Below are positions 27,511 to 37,884 of a stretch of 64,000 bases of DNA, in pieces. A model generated the notes under the pieces. That model saw only the letters and a program-made list of their open reading frames with translations, did not search any database and had not been told where the DNA came from. A program made the translations under genes and the position numbers. Origin of the DNA: Geosiphon pyriformis uo1 (Eukaryota > Fungi > Glomeromycota); assembly GCA_016748015.1 (NCBI GenBank), contig JAAOMT010000620.1:36940-100939 (forward strand), read 5' to 3'. Each line of letters starts with the position of its first letter. Position 1 is the first letter of the stretch.

Positions 27511-27700
27511 CTCTTTAAAGAGTTCTTCATTCTTCTGTAAAGATGTGTTTATAAACTTTATTGATACCTCCTTCTCTTTTGTAAATTTATAATCCATTTC
27601 GCCATGATGTTTAATACTATTTAAATGGATTAATCCATCAATCCATTTTGCTTTATAAATAACACGAAATTCTCCCTTTGCAATTTTATTGATATCCTTT
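27190..27700 (-). pseudogene. TKL kinase N-lobe fragment with a microsatellite-containing intron
   Basis: KIAKGEFRVIYKAKWIDG...EVSIKFI...ELFKE, then a GT donor at 27510, then ITQNSETLEYGVVMEFAECGDMRKFL. No C-lobe found. Confidence 0.7.
27436..27509. repeat. (TAA)n microsatellite at the 5' end of the kinase-fragment intron
   Basis: About 20 consecutive TAA units with an interrupted left edge. Confidence 0.9.
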
Positions 27701-27813
27701 TTTAAAATACTATTCTCAATTTAACAAAGAATTTAAAAATGAAAATATAGTTAGGGAATATCAAAATTCTAATTTTTAGTTCTAGTCGATGTTAGATTTA
27801 ATTTTTTTATTTA

Positions 27814-27901
27814 CCGTAAAGTCCCTGAAAATAAGCGACCCTCCAAAATTCGGTGCAAGATTAATGAAATAGAGGGTTGCTTATTTTTAAAAACTTTACG
27901 G
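27814..27901. mobile_element. 88-bp Tc1/mariner(pogo)-type MITE with 30-bp TIRs and TA target duplication
   Basis: TA|CCGTAAAGTCCCTGAAAATAAGCGACCCTC ... GAGGGTTGCTTATTTTTAAAAACTTTACGG|TA. The TIRs are 25/30 identical and all mismatches are transitions. Confidence 0.8.
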
Positions 27902-29217
27902 TAGCTGTTTTCTCTATTAGATGGACAATATCTTCCTTTAATTTGACAAGTTTGTGGTCTTGGTTTTTGATTTTCTATGGCTTTATTTATACTAATTTCT
28001 GCCTTGGTTCGTCGCCCTCGACTATTTCTTCCCTTATTAAATAATTGCTAAAAAAAAATAGCTTGCGTATTTGTATTTATTTGACTGTTTCTTTTGTGTC
28101 GTTGGCTTTTCGATTTAGAATTGCGTACTTTTAGTAATTTCGGTGGTTGGTATAAGAAAACTTGGCTAATTAGGAAGTATTTAAAGCCTTTGCAATAACA
28201 GTGTTTTTTCTAATAAAAAAAAATAAAAAAAAAGTTAATTTCTTTTCAGCTTTTCTGCGTTGTTAAATATGACTGATTTGTTATATTGCATTGTTCATTC
28301 CTTTTCTAACTTTAACGCTTGTTAAGGCTATTTTTAATCGTCTAATGGCGGCTTTGATGGTCCTAATACTTGATATTCTGTAGAATATTGGTAATTGCCG
28401 AACTTGTTTAGCTCGGTTTTTTCTCCTGTATGGCTTTATAGTTTTTAATCATGATTTTATTTATTACCTTCCTTTTCTTTTTTTGCCTTCTTTAATAATA
28501 AAGAATATATCAACTAAAAGGCATATGCTTATAGTAATCAACTTCTCACAGCTTCTATTCACTAAATAATAAATGATTGCTAATAATAAAACGTTTCGAT
28601 CATGACTAAAATATCAAAACTATTATTTTTTATTGTTGTGATAAATTTATATTTTAATCTTTGCTGCGTTTTTATATTAATCAAGAATATTTAAAACATT
28701 TAATATTGATTATTTTGATTTAGGCAGAGATCTCTAAAAAAATAAGAAAATAATTGATTTAGGTTTTTAAAATTGTGAAGCAGTTTTTATTATGCTATAT
28801 TTACTTTATCATAACTCAATTAAATAGAAAAAACAACAATAAGACAAAATCAATATCAAAAGAAATTGATTTAAGAATTACACTAAATTTTTAATTAACT
28901 GAATTCGATAAAAAATTAATTATTTAATTTTATATCTTAACTAACAAAGTTTACAGTTATAAAATATTAAATTATTTAATTAATAATAATTTCTGAGAAA
29001 GTGAATTAGAAAAATATCTCTCAATAATTTTAACTATTTATTTTTTGTAAATATATGAAAGTATGTGTAAATGAGTTAATAATAGATATTAAAAAGTAAT
29101 TTCATGATAATTTTTGGTTTCAATTTCAATTAATAACATCACCAAAAATTTTTATTAATTGATTAATTCAAGAATTTTATCAATTTTAATAGCTAATAAG
29201 TTATAAAATGTTTATGA

Positions 29218-29385
29218 CATGGGTTTGGAATTTGATCCGACCCGATTTCAACCCGTTCTGACCTGACCTTAGAGAAAGACAAGCTTCGTAAGTATTTTTA
29301 CTTGAAGTCAAAAAAAAATTAGTATATTTTCGAATCCGTATCTGACCCGAGTATATTAATTGGATTGTAGGTCGTGTCGGGTTGG
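29218..29385. mobile_element. Possible hAT-like non-autonomous relic with GACCCG subterminal motifs
   Basis: Clustered (G)ACCCG/CGGGT motifs in both orientations (gatccgacccga, aacccg, tgacccga, gtcgggtt) in AT-rich context. TIR and TSD not resolved. Confidence 0.35.
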
Positions 29386-29964
29386 CAATTTGAAAAAATT
29401 AAACAATTAAAATTAAATTCAGTTAATATGGTCACATAATTGGTATGCGTATAGAATTCTTTATTCAATTTCTGGTCTAGAATGAGTCAATTTTTTGGTT
29501 TGTTCTGTTAAATTTTAAGTAATGGTGAAAGATTTTCTTTACTAACGAAACCGGTAGTTGTAAGAAAATCTGATAGAAAGATTTTGAGAAAAAAGAATTT
29601 GTGGTTCTTGACAAGTTTTAATTTAATAACAACAAATTTATCAGATCTTTGGTAAAATTAATTACATTATGTAAAACAAGTCGAAATTTAAAAATTTTAG
29701 ATGAATAATTAAATACAAGATTATTATCTATATAATTTGGTTGCGAATAGTCACGATAGGTTTAACTTTGAGTTCATTATTAATGGCTAGTTAATGATTT
29801 AAAGAGTTCAATTTGGATGTCAACTAATTTGAATAAAGTCCTGACGTTTTCCTGAGATTTTGATCAGAAACTTTCACGAATTTCGATTCGGTGAAAAGTT
29901 TACGCACAAAGAATAATGGCGGTGTCAAGAAAAGTGACTTCTCAATAACAATACTCTACAAATT

Positions 29965-30096
29965 TTACATAATAGAGCATTGTCCGGTACCGCTACCATC
30001 GTCTGGGTCACCGGTTGGTCCTTTAATAGAGCCGTTTCCAGGAGCAATTATTGATAAAGGATTGAATGAAGATTGATTGTTGGTTGTTGGTTGCAT
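29965..30096 (-). CDS. 43-aa CaaX-terminated peptide, candidate a-factor-like lipopeptide pheromone precursor (MQPTTNNQSSFNPLSIIAPGNGSIKGPTGDPDDGSGTGQCSIM)
   Basis: Manually translated intact ORF (ATG 30096, TAA 29965) with an A-rich start context (aaagaaaATG), C-terminal CSIM, upstream TATAAAA and five retained CpGs. Ungapped similarity to S. cerevisiae Mfa1. Confidence 0.7.
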   Translation of the reverse strand: MQPTTNNQSSFNPLSIIAPGNGSIKGPTGDPDDGSGTGQCSIM

Positions 30097-30216
30097 TTTC
30101 TTTAAGTTTTTTGATTGATTTACTTTGAATGTTGTTATAGTTTTTTTCTTTTCTTTTCTTTTCTTTTAGTTGTTTTAGTTTGATTGAATGAAAAGAAATT
30201 GGGAGAGCACAACCAA

Positions 30217-30223
30217 TTTTATA
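30217..30223 (-). promoter_or_regulatory. TATA box (TATAAAA) of the CaaX peptide gene
   Basis: TATAAAA ~120 nt upstream of the ATG, followed by a pyrimidine-rich then A-rich 5'-UTR-like tract. Confidence 0.5.
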
Positions 30224-30264
30224 GAAAAAATTCATAGCCTTCATATTAACACCTGTCATTAAAC

Positions 30265-30622
30265 ACAATGTAAATTGAAACAGAATGTTAAAAACCAAGA
30301 TTTTTGACAATAACCGATATAATTTATTGTTCTATTTTAATTAATAATTCGGCAGACCCCCATTGTTAAGCTATCCAAACAATGTCTAAAATGCAAATAA
30401 TATTCAAAATTTAATTTAATTTAATCATTATCAGTGGAATAGAGCAGACGGAGCATTGTTTTTTGATATCATCTTAACTAGTACATTCATTTTCAAATTC
30501 AGCCATTAAGGAGATTTATTAAGTGTTTATGGGGTATCTGTGAATTAATTAACAATGCTAAAAACAGGTTTTTTTTAAGCATGTGGGACATTGTTGTACG
30601 AAGAATATATATACGAACAATG
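30265..30622. promoter_or_regulatory. Cluster of HMG-box-type sites (AACAATG/CATTGTT x6) plus one TGAAACA (Ste12 PRE consensus)
   Basis: CATTGTT at 30361, 30454, 30589; AACAATG at 30378, 30551, 30616; ACAATG at 30265; ATTGTT at 30326; TGAAACA at 30276. Confidence 0.55.
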
Positions 30623-30689
30623 CTAAAAAGTATTACTCTAAAGTTACGATTATCCAATTTCTGTTAATAATTGTGCTATGGACAAATAT

Positions 30690-30716
30690 TTCATGATTCA
30701 TGATTCATGATTCATG
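30690..30716. repeat. (TTCATGA) x ~4 tandem heptamer
   Basis: Direct reading. Confidence 0.85.
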
Positions 30717-31459
30717 TTCCAAGGTTTATAATAGGGTATTGTTTTGAAGCAATACCTTTTATGCAAACTCATCGATTTTTGAGCTAGCCAATAAAATATT
30801 TCTAAGAAAATTTTTAAAAAATTAAATGAGGTTTGAAATTTCGATCTAATGAAAAACCTTAATAAATCACTCTATTGATTCAAGAAAAATTTTCTACATA
30901 ATTATTTTCCACTACTATGGGTAATTTTTTAAGTATGTTTGTAATAGTATTTTATTTTATATTTGACTACCACTTTGTGCTTGAATATCTGTTTTAGTTT
31001 GAAATAATTATTGGTAATTCTTAGCTATTTTTGGTTGCAAATGAGAATTGACTATAGTAAATAGAGCAAGCTCGGGAATATCCAAAGTTCAATTTACAGT
31101 TTATCAATTCCAAAGATATGTTTGCCTTGTTTATCCCTTAGAGGTTGCATAAAAATTACCAAGTTTTGAAACGTAATTTTGGTACACCCCATAAAGACCA
31201 AGGGCTTTTTTTGAATTATTTTGGTAAATCAAAGATTTTATTTATAAGATATTTTAATTAATCTGTTTCAAGTTTGCTACATTTGAAAATTAAAGAAACA
31301 ACTGAATATCTTTCTACATTAGTATTAAAAGATTTAAATATTGTGTCACTATTTTTATATACAATTAATTACTATTGAATAGTTTGAAGTTATGTCAACT
31401 TGAATTACAACTTAATTCCAGTTTGTCTGACTAAATAAATAATAAATTTTTAACTTTAC

Positions 31460-31570
31460 AATTTTTATCTCACTCTGGTTTTAGGACCAGGTAAACACCT
31501 TTACTGAACGTCGTAATTTTTATCCCACTTTAGTTTTAGAACCAAGGTAAACCACCTTCACTGAACGTCG
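31460..31570. repeat. Two-copy ~55-57-bp tandem duplication overlapping the 3' end of the 59-aa ORF
   Basis: aatttttatctcactctggttttaggaccaggtaaacacctttactgaacgtcg / aatttttatcccactttagttttagaaccaaggtaaaccaccttcactgaacgtcg. Confidence 0.85.
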
Positions 31571-31715
31571 ATAATTGGCTTTGGTTCGTTTCATTTGGAG
31601 TATTCATTTGATAAGTTTGCGAAGGTTTTAATGGCTTCCTAGTATTTTCTCTTCCTTCAAACGTTTTGAAGATCAAAGCGGTTTGATTTCTTAAAGTGGT
31701 ATTGATTTGATGCAT
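31536..31715 (-). CDS. 59-aa small ORF (MHQINTTLRNQTALIFKTFEGRENTRKPLKPSQTYQMNTPNETNQSQLSTFSEGGLPWF), function unknown
   Basis: Intact ORF with aatcaaaATG context, TATAAAA at 31819-31825, six retained CpGs and four AACAATG/CATTGTT sites upstream. Confidence 0.45.
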   Translation of the reverse strand: MHQINTTLRNQTALIFKTFEGRENTRKPLKPSQTYQMNTPNETNQSQLSTFSEGGLPWF

Positions 31716-31818
31716 TTTGATTCTTAGTTTTTCGATAAAGTGAACTCAGATTGCGATTTTTGTCTTTGAGAGATGAGAGGTGTTGAAATTTAAAAAAGTG
31801 GCAAAGACCTCAGGTGAG

Positions 31819-32434
31819 TTTTATAAAGAAAATAACAATTGTAAAATATTTTTCTATTTTCCAGAAATAAAAAGTAAAGCTTTCATTGTTCTTCTATAGA
31901 TATAATGGTAAACTAAATACAGTGTTACAAATTGTATTATAGCTTTCAATTTAATCTTGATATTTGTAAATTTCATTTTTTAGTGTGACAATTTTCGATT
32001 TTGAATGGCTCATCATGTCCAACTGAAAAAAAAATGGTTTCTACAATTTTTACATTTTATTTTTAATGAAAACCTTATTTTAAACAATGATTCCACTTTT
32101 AATCTTGATTTGAATTTAAAAGCTTGTTAAAAACAAAAAAAACTTTCAGAAATCTAAAGTAGAATGTGCAACATAGATTTCAAACTAGGCATTGTTCTTC
32201 AGGGACCTTAATATTATATCATGTTCTTGTGACGCTATGTCTAACGTGCCACTTGTATACTAAAGAAATTTTCAAAGGATATGAGAGTTCGATAAATTTT
32301 TAAATGTAGTTTTAAGGCATGCAATTGAAAACCCATTAAACGTATTGTGTTATCTAGTAGTCAGCTTTATTTCCTATTGTGTCTATTCATTAGAAGCTTC
32401 AAAATATTTGCCTTTATTATTTTAATTAACAATG
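31819..32434 (-). promoter_or_regulatory. TATA box and HMG-box-type sites upstream of the 59-aa ORF
   Basis: TATAAAA at 31825-31819 (minus); CATTGTT at 31884 and 32190; AACAATG at 32083 and 32428. Confidence 0.4.
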
Positions 32435-32476
32435 TGTCCCACTCTGAAATTTAAGAATGGCATATTTTTAATTGGC

Positions 32477-32477
<1 letters not shown>

Positions 32478-32513
<36 letters not shown>
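32478..32513. repeat. (TAA)n microsatellite
   Basis: Direct reading. Confidence 0.9.
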
Positions 32514-35500
32514 TTTAGGCCTTTGTCACAAAATAAAGACCTAAAATGCTTGCAAGCGAGATTCGAGAAGGGGATTTTGAAATCTTTATAGTCAGACCTT
32601 AATGACTAGCCTCGTATTAAAATTGCTTTTTAATCTTTAAAGTTTGATTATTGCAAAAATATTTTTGTAGTTACTGTGTGTGTGAAAAAAATTAACGAAC
32701 AACAGGCAAAAATTACCACACATAAAGCTTTTTCCTTTTTATCCAATCTAGATACATGTAAAAGCCCTATGTCATAGACTTCATTTTCATTATTTCAAGA
32801 TAGAAAAGCTTAATTTGAATGAAGATTTGGTAAGCTTTCAAAATTTTGCTCGTGCATCCATATATTTTTTAATTCAAATCTAAATTTCAATTCTGCTATT
32901 ACTTTCTGTATTTTACAATCATTGATGGAGTGGCGACAATGAAATAGATAACCCTTTATTGTAGAGTATATTTGCAGCAGTTAATAGACTACATTTAAAC
33001 CTAAATTGTTGACAATTTTTTGCTTTACATACCAGCAAATATTTTTGTGGTTGCTAAAAATCTGTGGTCTTTAGAACATGATAATTTTTCATTTCTCTAT
33101 TTTTTTGATACTTGTTAATTAAGCAGCATGTTGTTGTGAAATTACATCCAAGCATTTTTGCGATTTAGCAGGATTTATGGTTTTCAAGTATGTCAAAATC
33201 TTCCCTTTTTTAAGTAGGTGTCATTTTTTTACACAAAAATATTATTATGTTGAAGAGTCATAGAAAGTAACCCAAATTTCAAGTTTATTTCTCAAAAAAG
33301 TGAGAAAACTTGATATCTTAAAAGTGATTACACATGCAAATTACATTTTAGTTTTTGTGAGTACTGTAGATAAAACTTTTTAGATTTTCCGAGAAATGAA
33401 AGATTAATTTTATTAGTAGGTTTGTAAAATTTAACATATTTCACTATGTATATAATTTCATAATGGATAAATAGCATAATGTTTTTCTAAAATAAATTTT
33501 GTCAAATATTTTATTTTATACATTAAAATGCTGTAAAAAATTTAAAAAAAGGTATTTAATTTGGAAATTGTAAAAATATTTAGTTACCTTTTCTTTAATT
33601 ATTCAATTAGTTTGACCAAATGTTGAGACGAATCATCCCATCAAATGTTAGGCGGTTTAATTGAAAAAAGATAATCTAACATGGGTTTGAAGCGATTACT
33701 CTAATTTCGAAGATTGTTCTAGACTAAATTTTTAATTTATCCCTTTTTGAGTTAGACACAATAAATTTGTTTATTTTTTATCCCAGATTTAAAGAATTAA
33801 TGAAAATAATAATAAAATAGTATAAAATTCTAATATTTTTAAGAAAATTGATACATTGGCTAATGTAAATATATAAATTAAAGTCATAAAGTTTTCGAAT
33901 AGACTTGGAATTATGGTTTACCAAAGCGGTTTGAACAGATATTATTTCATTGAATAAGATTTTCAGTATAATTAATTTACAAAACTAGAATTAATACTTT
34001 TTATAGCCTCATGATTAATATGTTTTGTTTTGAATTCTACTAACTTTTGCTTCGTATCAACTAGTTTTTTTGTAAATAATTAATTTTATCATTCCGAGTT
34101 TGACTAAGAAAGATCAATTTATTTCTAGACCTGAAGAACTTTTTATTTAAAATGCTTCGACTTAAATGTTCTATACCTTTTCATATAAAGAGATAGCAGA
34201 ATTTATTGTTTCAAAATGAATTATAACAGAAATTGTGCATAACGTTATGGCATTTTTAAATGAAAAGAAATTTTCAAACTTCAAGATCAAAATCAAAAAT
34301 TTTGAACCAAGCTCCTCTCATATTTCAGAACTTGAATGTTAATAAACTTGGTGGAAATTATATTCTACGCTTCGATATACTTAATTCTTTGTTCGAGTAA
34401 ATTTTACTGGTTGTTTTATTAACTGTTTTAAATATATAAAAAATAAATGTAATTCAATAAAAATTAATAAAATATATTTTTTAAATAAAAAACAAGACTT
34501 TTGTATTTATATCACCTTTATAAATTATTTAAAAGATTTAAAGTTTAGAATCTCTCCTTAAACAATAAAAAAAATAAATTCAACAGTGAAAATATTTAGT
34601 TATAATTATTAAAAAACTTATTTATAAATATATTAAGCTTCATTTATAACATAGTATATTTTTTTTATATAAATATAAAAAACTATTTTAGCTTTACAAA
34701 TTTACAAAATTTATTTAAGCTCTTTAATTTAGCTTTTTGGAGTTTTTTAATAAAGTTATAATATATTTAAGCCACTTTAACATTAAAATAAATTAATACG
34801 AAGAATAATAAAAATACATATAAGAATTATACTGTGATTTAGTTTATATAAAATTTGTAATATATGCAATATAAACCCTTAAAATTTTTAACAGCTTGGC
34901 TTTTTTTAATTATTAAGTAAAAAAAGTTGTAAGATTTTTAATGTTTTTTGTAAAAATATACAGCATTTAATGCATGATTATTACAAACAGGCTGCTATAA
35001 TGTTTGGATATTAAGAAACATTAGAAATATAAATTGAAATAAGTATGGTGTTGATTAAAATTCCAGAAATATAGATTAATTCTTTTAACACTAAATTTTC
35101 TAAAAAAAAGAATTCATAATTTTTAAAAATGTTGGTAAATTTAATAAAAAAGTTAATTAAAATTCAGAAAATATGAACAGTTAGAATAATTTATAACAGT
35201 AAGTACTAATTATTGTATAATAAATGCTAAAATTTTTTTAAGCTTCAATACTGATAGACTACTTAAATAGCTTTGTTTATAGAATTATAAATAGAAAATT
35301 AATAGAACTTTATAACTATAAGAAAAGATTTTCTAATACTTTTGCTATTATATTGAAAATTAAGATAATTTTGGCTATAATTTCATAATAACAACAATTT
35401 ATTAATTTATGTTTTTAATAAATAATAAAAGATTATAAAGATTGTGAATACACTATTTTCTAACCATTACACAAGTCTTTAAAAAAATGTGTTTTGCCAA

Positions 35501-35944
35501 AAAACTCAAAACCTAAAAAGATATATCTTAGTGTTTAATGTGTTCTAATAACTATAATTATATAAAAATAGAAAAATAACACAGATAATATGATTTTATT
35601 GTTATTAAATTTGTTATCTTAACTATAGTTTATTATAACCAAACTGTAAATTAAAATTTATTTCATATAACAGACTTTCTTTCTTAGTCTTTGAATTTTT
35701 TCAAATAAAAAATTTTTAAGTTTTTATAAATATATGTTCGAAACTTTTATATATAAGATGAAAAAAACTTTATTTATATCTAACAATTTTTATATATCTA
35801 TTTACTATTGATTTTAATATTTGAAAAGTTATATAGTATTATATCTAATATAAATCAATTTTTTATTATTGTTGTTTTATTTTTTTCATATTATTTTTTA
35901 TTATTCAAATATTTTAAAAAGGATAAAACTTTTTGGTTTAAAAA

Positions 35945-37525
35945 ATACTCCTTAGTATCTAATAAAACTTTAAGTGTTTAGTGTATTCTATGCTAATATG
36001 TTTTTTAACAAAATAACTTAATATTATTTTACTTTCATATAAGTTTTTATTCTATAAACACTTATAGTCAATACTTGAAAAAAGACTTCTTAACATTTAA
36101 TAATACTTGCTGTATTTTATGCTAAAATGTTTTTTATTAGAATAACTCAATATTATTTTATCTCTATATAAGTTTCTATTCTATGAATATTTATAACAGA
36201 TGCTTACAAAAAGATTTGTTAATACTTAATAAGATATTTTAATACTTGAGAAAAGACTTCTTAGCATCTAATAATACTTGCTGTATTTCATGTTAAACAT
36301 TTTTTATTAGAATAATTTGATGTTATTTTATTTTTATATAAGTTTCTATTTTATAAATACCTATAGCTGATGTTTAAAAAAATTTGTTAATACTTAATAG
36401 AACGTGTTAATGTTTGTTGTATTTTATGCTGAAGCGTTTTTTACCAAAATAACTCAATATTATCCTACTTTCATATAAGTCTCTATTTTATAGATATTTA
36501 TAATTAATACTTGAAAAAAAATTTTTTAGCACTTAATAAAATTTTTAATGCTTTTTATATTCTATGCTAATACATATTTTACTAAAATAACTCGATGTTA
36601 TTTTATCTCTATATAAGTTTTTATTTTATGAATATCTATAATCAATGCTTAGAAAAAAACTTTTTAGCACTTAATTACATTTGCTGTATTTTATACTAAG
36701 ACGCTTTTTACCAAAATAAATTGATATTATCTTATTTTTATATAAGTTTCTATTCTATAAATACCTATAATTAATGCTTAAAAAGAGATTTGTTAGCATT
36801 TAACAGAATATTTTAATGTTTGCTATGTTCTAATTAAGGTGTTTTTTATTAAAATAACTTAATGTTATTCTATAAATACTAATAGCCAATGCTTAAAAAG
36901 AGACTTTTTAGCATTTAACAACATTTGCTGTATTTAATACTAGCATGTTTTTTATCAAAACAACTTGATATTATATTATTTTTATATAAGTTTCTATTCT
37001 ATAGATATTTATAACCAATGTTTAGAAAAAAACTGATAGTAATTACTGTATTTAAGCTAAAACACTTTTTATTTATTCTTATACAAGTTTCTATTTTATA
37101 GATATTTATGGCCAATACTTAGAAAAAGATTTGTTAATATCTAACAAAACGGTTTAAAGCACTTTTTAATAGAATAACTTAATGTTATTCTACTCTTATA
37201 TAAGTTTCTATTCAATAAATACCTATGACTAATGCTTAAAAAGAGATTTATTAACACTTAACAAGAAGTTTTAGCATTTGTTGTATTTTATGTTAAAATG
37301 TTCTTTACTAGAATAATTTAATGTTATTTACTTTCATATAAGTCTTTATTCTATAAATACTTATGATCAATGCTTAAAAAAAGACTTATTAGTACTTTAT
37401 AAGATATTCTAACACTTACTATATTTTTAAGTTAGTATGTTTAATATTAAAATGACTCAATATTATTCTATAATCATATAAACTTTTATATTCTATTTAT
37501 TATCTATAATTGATGCTTAGAAAGT
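35945..37525. repeat. Degenerate tandem array of ~12 units of 129/138-139 bp
   Basis: The anchor ataagtttctattctat recurs at ~36038, 36168, 36338, 36475, 36613, 36742, 36986, 37083, 37200, 37338 and 37478. Confidence 0.9.
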
Positions 37526-37884
37526 ATTTTTAATAATTTTGTTTTTTAATTTTTATCAATTATAAATGAAGTCTCACTAACTTGAAAAACAAAATATACA
37601 ATACTTCTATAAAAACTGCTCTTGGAAATTGATCATATAAATCTTCTTTTTGACCACTTATAGTAAATGCTTGGAAAATAATTCTAATAATTTGGTCGTT
37701 AATTTTTTATCAATTACAATTTATGTTTCACTAACTTTAAATCTTGCATAATTTTTGATTGATTAAAAAACCAAATATACAATACTTTTATGAGAACTGC
37801 TTTTGGAAATTTACCACAAACACTATATAAAAGTTTTTTTTTCTAATACAAACTATAAGATTGTAAAAAAGTGTGAGAATCTTA

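Noticed and set aside
29891-30310. Track ORFs 29891-30076 (+) and 30023-30310 (-)
   Set aside because: Non-ATG starts. The first is the antisense shadow of the CaaX ORF and the second runs through its TATA box and A-rich leader.
30420-30770. Possible decayed ML-protein paralogue (NNAP..CS, QQCP words on minus)
   Set aside because: Only a few short words match, no consistent frame, and the matches coincide with the AACAATG motifs, so a promoter reading is simpler.
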